A stretch of DNA of 59,790 nt, filler included, from Sphacelaria rigidula (taxonomy: Eukaryota): assembly GCA_964200075.2 (NCBI GenBank). It is 9 parts of 9 records of this genome, joined end to end, with 100 filler letters (N's around TTAATTAATTAA, not from the genome) between each part and the next. Parts side by side here need not be neighbours in the genome. Positions count along the whole stretch, not along the records: positions 46,583 to 53,136 come from CAXNAA020019378.1; positions 53,237 to 59,790 come from CAXNAA020019379.1; 7 more parts are not named here. One strand, 5' to 3'. A program made the position numbers and the translations under genes. Below, in pieces: positions 50,001 to 59,790 of this stretch. Positions within the stretch are counted from its first letter, which is position 1; each line of letters starts with the position of its first letter. The notes under the pieces were generated by a model. It searched no databases. It saw nothing but the letters and a program-made list of their open reading frames with translations, and had not been told where the DNA came from.

Positions 50001-53000
50001 GAAAAGAGGGTTTCGTGTAGCGAGAGAAGGCCTGTAGGGGGATCTGTGTCCAAGACCATTTTTTATTACAACCAACCCGGATTTGTACAAATTTGAGGAT
50101 TTCTTTCACGCCATCTGTAGGCCATTTTTCAATATTGATTCATCATTTTGACCCCCGTCCGTTGGGCAATGTTTTCTAGCTGGATAAAAGAAAACCAGGT
50201 CAGTTCTCAGATGTCTTGACCTTCATTTTTTGGTTCACCATCCTTCTGCTCAGAGCAAGACAATACGGCATCTCCCCCGATATGGGACAGGCTAAAATCC
50301 TCATTTTTGTACGAGCTGGGCAAGCCAAGAAAGGGTGTTTTTCTCGCTCAGGCGACGAACGGCGCGATGTTGGGGGTTGGACGCTGAAATTTTGGTAGCA
50401 GCTTTTCATCATCTAAAGGCAGAATATCACATGATCAAAAAAAAGAGGAAGTTATGTGTTGTCGTCTTATCTTTTCTGAACGCCGGTGTACACCTTTCGT
50501 TCGCACCAGCCGGAGTCACACAGGAAAAAGGTCAAAACGGGACCTATTTCATCGCTCATTTGTTCCTAGTACCCCACTTTTCATCTGCGGTGCTTGCCTC
50601 CTATTTTTCATCGCGAGAGGGGTTCAACAGCACCTTTCCCTCGTCGATCGTTCAGTCGAATCTTGGGGATTTGAAATTTCAGCGAAAATGAAGCCATTAG
50701 TCCAGAAAAAAATCTGCAGGTGCTCACGGGACGTATTTCCTTGGGTGCTAAAGGTCTTCGTGTAACTTCGGCTCACGAGTCGTCGAATTGGGCCGTGCGT
50801 GCAACGTTTCACGTGACGTTTCTGCAGTTCACATGTACGCAGTGCAGAGTAACTGCTGACGTGAACCCACCGCATTGAGATATGAAAGCCTCCCGATACG
50901 CTATCGCCCAAAGATAAAAGGCACACCCCGTACTTCATGTAGTACAATAACGTCATCGGCGATACGACGCCAGTCGAACAGCGACGCAGCCCTTTGTCAC
51001 CAGGTGCGTCTGCAGTTCACAGTGAAATGCTGACATCGGGTTAATAGAGGAAACTGGCACAGCTGCGGTATGAGCACCTTCAAGTCACTCCCAAGGTGGC
51101 CGAGCTCGTACAAATTCGGATTGCTTGCCATAGAACATGGTCTTCTCCAAGTCAGGAAACAGACTCTCGGAGGAATGCTCGTTGTAACCCTTTCATCGCG
51201 GATAACCAACGGAATACGGACCTTAGGGGACTAGGTCTCCTCGGAAGGTTAGATATGTTGTCCAGGAGGATTCTAGCGCACTCTCCCGATCTCCCGTACG
51301 CCCAGTTTCACTTTCTGCCGGATCCTTAATGTTCTCAGTCGCTCAAAATATCTTCGAGTTGTCGGGAAAAAGCATATATTTTCTGCTACAACAGGTCGGT
51401 TTTGGGGCGACTGGAAAATCGGCAAGCCGACCAAAATGATTCTGGGCGTACGAAAAATCAGAAGAGTGTCCTAGAATCCTCATGCAAAACACTAAAAATT
51501 CTCGAGGGGAGGCCATACCCCCTGAGGCCCGTATTTCGCCAAAAATCCGAGATGAAAGTCTCAAGAGGGCGGTTCTTAGAGAGCCCGCTCTCATAGTTGA
51601 AAAGAATGGGCCCACGAGATAAGTAAGGGCGCATTTTGAAAAAGGTTCCGGGAACTGACCAAAACGACCTTCTTTCCTTCAGACTATGAAAACCGGCCGC
51701 CAAGAAAGATGAACGCGAATGAGTTGGCCGTTTGGGTGCTCGACAAAATATCTCACGTGTTTGAGATTCAACAAATGAGATTTCAGCATCGCATAGTTGA
51801 GCGGGCGGGTTGAGGGGTTTTGTACACCGCGTCTGCCGGGTGATCAACAGCAGCAGCTGCCTATGGGAAGGAGGGGATTTTGACAGAGACAAGCTTACCG
51901 CCGCGGTCCCATGTGCCTTGCTTTTGTGCGTGTGTGTCGAGAGTTATGTTCGTTGAAATGGTTAAATTCGAAGGTATTGTCACCTCGCCGAAGACAACTG
52001 TTGATTCGAACGATTTCAAACCCTCGGGTAAAGGGCATTAAAAGCCAGAGCCCTAGAGGGACGCAGGAGCCGTAGATTGTTGCTCGCCATGTTCAGAGCT
52101 GTTTTCGGTTCTTCTGTCTGCTCCCTGATATTTATGGTGATTTCCATCAACATGAAAAAACTCTTTTAGCTACTGTTGCTGTAGATACAAAACTTGTCAC
52201 TACCCAAACCGATGCCATGCTCTCGGAACACTGGTACCCCTACGGGACGTGTGGTCCAACCAAGCCAGCTCGATCGTGGAGTGAGCACCAACAAATTTCA
52301 TGTTGAAAATCTACTCGTACACGAGTTATTTTTTCGAGAGGTGTTCCCTCCCAGGGTGTGTTGTGTCGCGTGCCAACGGTTGGGCGGTTGGATGCGAAAA
52401 ACTCTCCAAGATACAGCGAACTGCACCTGACTGAAAATCAAGACTGCAAGTAGACGTCTACAGCACAGTTTAGGCAGGTTCAAGGGTGATTCTCAATTTC
52501 AGGACAAGAGAGGAGCAACTTTCGGAGACGAAGCAACTGAGCCTCGACGCACGCAAGCTCGACGACTCGATTGTTAAACCAGCAAATTGTTGTGACTGTA
52601 CGAGGATGATACGGAGTGGCAACAACAGGGGTGCAGTACGACAGCGGTAACCTCAAGGGCGAGGATCCCATGATGTACGGACAAAATAGCACTGGCTTTA
52701 CTCTCGGGGTATCGTCTAGTGGTCATTGTGGTGGGTAGAGTCAACAGTCAACACCGCATCACACGCCGTCCTCAAGTGGACCGACGGTCCAGGTATTGTC
52801 ATACCGCACTTGAACCCGCGTGGCACGTGGCCCGTGGCTTCGGCCAGTAGTGCGGGAGAGTTCTGCTGATGAAAAATGATCATAAATCCCCGCTACTTTA
52901 TACGACGATGGCATCGGCTTCATGCCTAGCCATCATTCTCGTGCTCCACAAATCCTGTGCTTGCACGAACCAACAACTCTCATTTGCTCACTGGTTGACT

Positions 53001-53370
53001 TGAAAGAAGACAGGAACTGCATGTATGCAGGGGTGTTTTCTTCGGAGGGGGGGGGGGGGGGGGGTTTTGGTTTTTTAAAAGAAGGGTGGGTTCGGAAAAA
53101 GGCCTTCCCCGGCAAAGCGGTTTTCCGTTTGGAACGNNNNNNNNNNNNNNNNNNNNNNNNNNNNNNNNNNNNNNNNNNNNTTAATTAATTAANNNNNNNN
53201 NNNNNNNNNNNNNNNNNNNNNNNNNNNNNNNNNNNNTCTATCTACTACGCCTTGGTGTATTTTGGCTACAGTCCTTTGTTTTGACTCGTTTTTTTGCATT
53301 TTCCCGCGCGTGGGACTCAAAATATAGATATGGAGCCCATTGCACTCGTCAGCTCTCGAAAGGTACTGTA

Positions 53371-53480
53371 CACGGGTGGCCACTGGGGTGCCTGTAACCT
53401 CAAATTTGGTCATTACAGACCTTGTGCAACATCTGTAACGTCCAAATTTGAGGTTACAGGCACTCCAATGGCCGCCCGTG
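53371..53480. mobile_element. 110-bp palindromic MITE with TA flanks (Tc1/mariner-like)
   Basis: TA-CACGGGTGGCC...GGCCGCCCGTG-TA. Same family as 9071-9180. Confidence 0.85.
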
Positions 53481-53574
53481 TACCAGTCCTGCTTGTCCCT
53501 CATCGTGTATTTATTATTAATTTACTATTTAATTTGTCGTACTTTGAACCCCTCCCCTTCCTCGAGACGAGTCC

Positions 53575-53828
53575 GTGGTCTCAGGGGATCAGCCCATCTC
53601 TCCCCGGTGCACGCCTTGCATTTTCGTCTCGCGGATTGGGTCAGCACTCCCGCACCGCGTCAACTCACGTCAAACAAACTCAGTCAACTACCTTGTTTAC
53701 TCACGTTCTCGCTCTTTCAACGGGGGAAATCAGATAGTACGAAGAAAACCTCCAACGCATCGGGAATCGAACCCTCGTTCTCTCCACCCTAATAATGGCA
53801 ACAGTCGGACCATTACACCACCGGGGTG
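53575..53828 (-). mobile_element. tRNA-derived SINE, family 2
   Basis: Head CCCCGGTGGTGTAATGG ... GGTTCGATTCCC. The body is related to about 34330-34600. Confidence 0.7.
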
Positions 53829-53853
53829 CGACGGTAGTGTGTATCTGACAAAC

Positions 53854-54104
53854 GAGTCATGCTACGATAGGGGAGGGGGGGGGTTCGATTCTACGAGAAA
53901 ATGGGCTAGTAGGTGCGTCGGGCGACCTATCACACTCGAGGTACACTTCTATTTCGTGAAGATCGTTGTCAAGCAGTATGAATGAGCGTCATTTATCGGG
54001 ACCAAGCGCGTTTGAACAACCGCTGTTGCCTTCAACGACGGTTGAAATGGAATTCCGCGGAAGTGAACGGCCCAAAATACCCCTCCTCTATTGTAGCATG
54101 ACTC
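53854..54104. mobile_element. GAG...CTC-terminated MITE of about 251 bp
   Basis: GAGTCATGCTAC / GTAGCATGACTC, with flanks AAAC and AAAT. Confidence 0.75.
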
Positions 54105-54121
54105 AAATAGTACTTCATCAA

Positions 54122-54541
54122 ACAGAGGATTCTCGAAAATGGGGTTAAACAAACAAATGAGACTCATCTCAAAAGCCGTGCTTCCCGTGACCTAAATTCA
54201 TGACAGATTACGTTCGTACGGACGACCTCATCCCTCCCGACCCCTCTTAGACTATTCCGGGGGGGCTTGAGCCTTTCGTTACCCCAAAGGGTATGTACGA
54301 AACCACATTGTTGTCTCGATTACGGGGTCAAAAAGGACGAATTCTGGCCCAAACGTCGTGCTCTCGCACATACCCTTCGGGGTCACGGAAGGCTGGAACC
54401 CCCCCGAAAAGTACCAGAGAGGTTGGAAGGGATGAGGTCGTCCGTATGAAAGTCATTTGTCATGACCTTACGTCAGGGAAAGCACTGTGTTCGAGTTGAA
54501 CCTCATTTTCTTCTTCAACCCCATTTTTGAGAACGCGCTGT
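54122..54541. mobile_element. Old foldback element with arms of about 190 bp
   Basis: The arms align along their length, e.g. TACGGACGACCTCATCCCT / AGGGATGAGGTCGTCCGTA. Confidence 0.8.
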
Positions 54542-56480
54542 AAATATAATATGTATGTGGTGGTTTTGCCACTTTAACGTGGTGTTCCCAGTGAACGGCC
54601 GTGGCCGGGGCCCCACATGACGGTGGGGAAAATTGAGTCCTTACACACTTGTTACTCTTCCGGCAGGTACGGCTGAATCCACATCTCAAGGCTAAGTCCA
54701 ACTTGAATGCGATCAGTTTTGTGCTCACAAGATTAATGCCGCCTTGGTTAATGCCGTCTCGACGTGGGGGCCTTCACACTACACCGCCATCACGGAAAAT
54801 TGCAATGTACGGTCGGGCTCGTACAGATCGTTCTCTTCATTGGTCATTGTGACAGGGCGGACAGCGATGTGGTACATGCCATAATTTTAGCAGACAGCCA
54901 AATTTCGCTAACTCACGCGCATACAAACTCATGCATCACCGACACGTGCTCATTATTACACAATTTCAACATTCATGCGAACGGTAAATATAGAGACAGA
55001 TACATCCTATCCATGCACTCGTTTGTTTACTATCATATCAACCGCATCCTACTAGTTTACCTACAGTGGTAAGTGCATCCGTTATACTGTCCCACCGTTA
55101 CTTTACACCCCACCAGCAAAAATGCACAGCAAGAGAGGGTACGTCCAACGTAAAACAGTTCGCTGAACGTCAGGGCGCCCTGAAGCTTCACAGGCTGTGA
55201 TTTTTTTTCTCGATTGGTGGTGTTTCCGACTCAGTCAGTTCACAAGCTTCGCTTTAGACTTATCCAGAGCATTAACAGCAAGTGGCGCTGTCAGGGAAAT
55301 GGTATGTATGAATGCAAGAAATCAGACACAAATTCACCTTTGTTGACGATTGCTGCAACTAGTCTCAGCCTGGGTAGTAGTAACAGCAGTAGCAGTACAG
55401 GTGCAACCAAGAAAAAGATCTGACTAGTACACGGGTTGCTGCATCTCCGTAGAACTTGCTGTAAGTATGCTGAATTCTTCTGGAAACAATTGCACAACGT
55501 TCTTCGTAGATCTAGATGATTCTGGATTCTGTGTATGTGGGGAAGTGTTGAAATATTCAATGTCAGTCATTGGTGACGACTACTATATATCGTAGGTTAT
55601 CGTAAACAAGTAAGAAATCATTTGAGTGTTCCAGAAATAGTCTGCGGTATATTCTGCGGTATATTATGTCTCCAGAACAAGTTGTCGGGGGATTAATCGG
55701 GAGTTATCGGCTGTAATACCCCGCAAGTGTTCTAGAAGTGTGGAAGTTCTGGAAGTTCATTAGCTGATCGGTAGGCTCGCACACTTGGTGCTCGCCCACC
55801 TGATCACTCCTCTACTACTTCTCTTCTTCATCACCATGAGCGAAAACTTGACTTATGGAGTCAGTCAATAATAAACATCTTCATTTCTTCAGTCAAATTC
55901 TCTGATGGATCAAACCGTGGCCCGAGTGTAATCCTCCGCGGTAGGCTCATCAGTCTACAAGGCACACGCAGCACAGCACCGCTGCAGCTGCAGGACTCTC
56001 AGCATACCACATAGGGCACAACTGAAGCAATGACCGCCGGGGACGCAGTACTGTGAAAGAGTCATACTACGCCAGGAGAGGCTGGGGTATTCTGGGCCAT
56101 TTCTTCCACGAAAGTCTACTTCAAATCGTCGCTGAAAGCAGCAACGGTTGCTCAAACACGTTTGTCTCTGATAAATAGCGCTCCCTCATGCTGCTGGACA
56201 TCATTTTACCCAAATACAAGCGTATCGCCAGTGTGTTTTATCGTCTGACAGATCAATGACCCCTTTCTTCGTGAAATCAGCCCCCCCCCCCCCCCCCCCG
56301 TCGTGAGCTGCTCCGTCTTGAAAGGGATGCGTGGTCAATGGTCAAACGACTAAGGCAACTAACATATGAGTACGCCCCCGCCACCCCCGTCGTGAGACAT
56401 CCACGAGGCAGTGTGTGAGCCGTGGCTATCTCTGGAAGTAGCGGCCAGAAAAAAAAGCAACTCATCGGAAACTGTTCACA

Positions 56481-57176
56481 CACGGGATCTTACAACTTGG
56501 GGATGGATGATTTATTTGGGATGAGAAATCCGGAGAATTAAAATCTTTGTATCCACACGAAATCTTCGAGATATGATTCCATTTCTTCACCTACTGATAG
56601 CTATTGACAACTACTACACGCCATAGAAATTTGGATTTCGATCATCGAAATGTTGGGGCCCTAGGTGATTAACCAATTTAGTGGAGTTTCGAGTGTCCGA
56701 GAGTCATCCTACGATAGGGGGGAGGGGGGTATTTTGGGCCACTTCTTGCACGAAATTCCAAGACAAATCGTCCTTGAAAGGAGCAACGGTTGCTCGAACG
56801 AGCTTGTTATAGATATAAAACGCTCATTTATACCGGTTGACACCGTTTTGAGCCAAATAAAAGCGCACCGCGAGTGTGGCAGGTCATCTGACACACTTTT
56901 GAGCCTATTTTTTCGTGCAATCAAATATCCCCCCCCTATCCTAGGATGACTCCCGAACGGACGCCAAAATGGTTCCGAAATTGGGTTTTCACCTGAGACC
57001 CCAACATTTCGGTGATCGAAATCCAAACTTCTATCGCGTGTAGCAGTTGTCAATAGTTATCAGTAGGTAGAGAAATGGAACCATGTTTCGAAGATTTCGT
57101 GTGGATACGATGATTTTAATTTTCGGGATTTCTCATCCCCAATAAAGGCTCCATCCCCAATTCGTGAGATCCCGTG
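56481..57176. mobile_element. Long-TIR foldback element (CACGGG...CCCGTG) containing a nested MITE
   Basis: Inverted arms of about 185 bp at 56481-56665 and 56992-57176. Confidence 0.85.
56701..56952. mobile_element. GAG...CTC-terminated 252-bp MITE with a 4-bp TSD (Sola-like)
   Basis: GAGTCATCCTA / TAGGATGACTC with CCGA on both sides. Ends of this family also occur at 13164, 39929-39952 and 56059. Confidence 0.82.
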
Positions 57177-57225
57177 TTTGTTATCCAAATGCAGGATGAT
57201 CAGTACGCTTTGGGCCGAACGATCG

Positions 57226-57412
57226 TAGCAGGATGCATCTCACCCTTCATGCGACTCGCCGAACACATCACGGCGCTTGTCGCTTGGTGATTGATTGCGA
57301 GCCTGGTCCGGCGAAAACCTGGCGTGCTCCGTCCCGGCTTTGAAGGGATCCGAGGTCGATGGTCCTACGAATATGGCATGCAAGATCATGAACACCCGCG
57401 CCCCCCTCCCCC
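57226..57412 (+). repeat. Poly(C)-ended dispersed repeat, subfamily B (also 18273-18443, 23353-23425, 26621-26693, 27123-27220)
   Basis: Ends ...GGGATGCGAGGTCAATGGTCATCTGACTATGGCATGCATGATCATGAGTAC-(C)n and aligns with subfamily A. Confidence 0.85.
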
Positions 57413-59790
57413 CATCGTGGCGTGACCCGAAACTCGTAACGGAGGATGCAGCACGCAGTCAAAGTGCTTGTTGACTACGACTGCCGTTGTACACCTTGCA
57501 TATGCGATGTTGTTGACTAAGAAAATGATGACGTGTCCGAAAACACTCGTGGAGATCTGCCCATTGTATTCCGACGACGCACTTTTTGTCGTGTCAGCGA
57601 CCCCCTCCATCATCGTCGCGCGGAGATCATCGCGTCTGAAAATGTTCGCATCCCAGAGCATTTCTCTGTCGATGACACAATACCGAACGACATCAACCAC
57701 CGAACGTTAGACATAATACATAGTCGTCTCCAATGTGTGAACATGTACGGTGGGGTAGCGTTCGTGCACGCTGCTCGTAGAAGATGCACGCAGGTCAAGG
57801 AAAACAGCAACTTCTACGAGAAAAATGTCAGGCCGTTTCTTGATGGGAGAGTCGCGAGAACAATGCACTTGAACGAAGTCCGAACTCCTTCGTGTACATG
57901 CGTTGTTCCCTCTCCTGCCTTCCTCACCCCCCTCCCTCGCCCCCCTGCGGTCATCTTCCACTTCGATCAGCCCCTTGACATTGCATGTGATCAATATGTT
58001 GAGTCGGCATGTATCTGTATCGTTTTTCTTTCGATAAAATACGCTGCAACGGTATCAACCACGATGAGTGAGTGGCCAATTCATGTGTTGGTGGTCAGAG
58101 AGTTAGGATTAGGCTGCTCACCTCACGTGGTCGATTTACATGTCATCGTTAGATCGTTCTGCCCCGAAACCGTATAACGTGACCTCGTACAAATGAGATT
58201 CGGACACGCGCGTATGATTCACACTCTTAAGAAGACATGTCGCATTATCCAGCTGTGATCTCGGGACTTATTGTGAAAGCCCAGTTTTCTCAATTTTCCC
58301 CTATCATTATGTTAATATTTCATAGACAGGAAAAGTCGTCTATCGTTTTACTAACAAAATAAATGGACGGATTGTTTTTCTTTGCACTGCCCTTCTGGAT
58401 CCTGCGCACGTACATACACACTCCTTTTCACCTACACCCTACTCCGATGAAGGCTCAGCCAAGACACAGAGGGAAAAAGCACTCACAGCGCCCCCCTGGT
58501 GTTTCGTTGTGGTGCTGTGAGCTATTTGAGTGTGTGGTCATGAGGAACATGTGAAGGGTGCATACCGAAGGACATCGCGAGGCAACGGTCGCATGTGACT
58601 GACTTTTCGCCCATTGTATGCGAGACAGAGATTCCCACTGCTGTAGACAACTGAGGAACGAAGAGACGCGTAGTGGTTAGAGAAGAAGCCCGGTGCATCG
58701 GTGGCTATTATACCCCTTTTTCTCATTATCTCTCCATTATTATTCACCACATAACCTCATACCGCAATCCATGTAGAACAACGACAACTACAATTACTAC
58801 TGAAGAACTGAACTCGGGTGGGTGGCGCGTGTGTGCCACATTTCGGAATAAGAACAGGAATGCGTCATATCACATATCACACAATCCGATGAGACGCCTC
58901 TTGCACGGAATACTTCAACATCCCTACATTCCGGTTATTCCGTCCACATAATCATTGTATCATAGTCATGCAATCTAATATGCACGCAGTATCCTACATG
59001 GCATCCTCATCCTCACGACTGAGCGTAAGCATATTCGATCAGCTCCCCTGGTTACGGCGCAGTCGTGACCTCGAAACCGCGAGGACATTGGAAGATATCG
59101 CTCATATACTGAGAACTATTCCACAAAGTCACATATATAGATATATATATACTCAAGCCTTACTATCAGGAGCTAGAAAGGAAAGCGTGAACCCAACATG
59201 TGAATAACTTTCTCACCCACATACATGTTTCTCTAATCTGCCGACAATAAGGAGAAATTCAACGTTCAAACACTGAACCCTCGTAGTGCATCTGATTTTT
59301 CGATTTTCTTGCTCGGGCAACTACAATCTCATACCATGATCATTAATGTTCATTCAAGTTCAACATCTCGCCTCCCCCGACTTCGATCAAGGATAATCAT
59401 ACTATATAACTAATGCGAAGCAGCTTAGCTTCCTCGATCTTACCGTAATTGTACTACTGTGTCAATGCAAGTTCCGATTCGGACTCAAATAAAATTCATA
59501 TTGGGGTAGTATCAAACGCCAGTCTTGAATCAAGAACAAATAAGAGCCGCTTTTAAATTTTGGGGCTCAACACTAAATGGGGCTGAAGTCGCATTTCTCT
59601 TTTGCAGGGAAGAAACGAAAGAGTAATACACAGAGCGAAAGTATCTTCCTCCCCGAACTCCGCAGGAGGACTTAACCGTTAGGCCGCGAGAGTAGGTTAC
59701 CTCCTGAATCGGCATCAATATTTACTTGGAAAAAGTACACGTGGTCCAGATGGACTGCCGGCACCGCGGTCCAAGGGTTAAGCAACTCTG

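Larger units (their letters stand above)
6556..53236. other. Eight artificial 100-bp contig linkers (6556-6655, 13211-13310, 19866-19965, 26521-26620, 33175-33274, 39829-39928, 46483-46582, 53137-53236), plus a 10-N scaffold gap at 18231-18240
   Basis: Each is an N-run, TTAATTAATTAA (stops in all six frames), then an N-run. The segments between are 6555 bp (x4) and 6554 bp (x5). Confidence 0.98.

Overview
This is eukaryotic, intron-rich, repeat-dense DNA. It looks like a brown alga or other stramenopile, but that is inferred from gene style and not proven. The window is not one locus. It is nine unrelated contigs of 6555/6554 bp, apparently sorted by length and joined by artificial 100-bp N-TTAATTAATTAA-N linkers. 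Contig 1 holds a decayed Ty3/Gypsy LTR retrotransposon. Contig 2 holds a long inverted duplication, a hAT-type element with an 8-bp TSD and a second Gypsy RT relic. Contig 3 holds three exons of a PPR gene. Contig 4 holds five phase-consistent exons of a coiled-coil, probably CEP290-like gene, one carrying an 18-bp coding minisatellite. Contig 5 holds an EF-hand exon and a pile-up of TAA-flanked PIF/Harbinger-type MITEs. Contig 6 holds a peroxisomal-type mitochondrial-carrier gene and tRNA-derived SINEs. Contig 7 holds a calcineurin-B/NCS-like EF-hand gene and an RTE-like LINE relic. Contigs 8-9 hold an orphan exon and nested MITEs. The most unusual signal is a dispersed repeat (two subfamilies, about 12 copies) with a fixed poly(C) end and a variably truncated other end, resembling a retroposon with a poly(C) rather than poly(A) tail. 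No prokaryotic system, CRISPR array or intact autonomous element is supported. Coordinates were read by eye and repeat boundaries may be off by a few bases.
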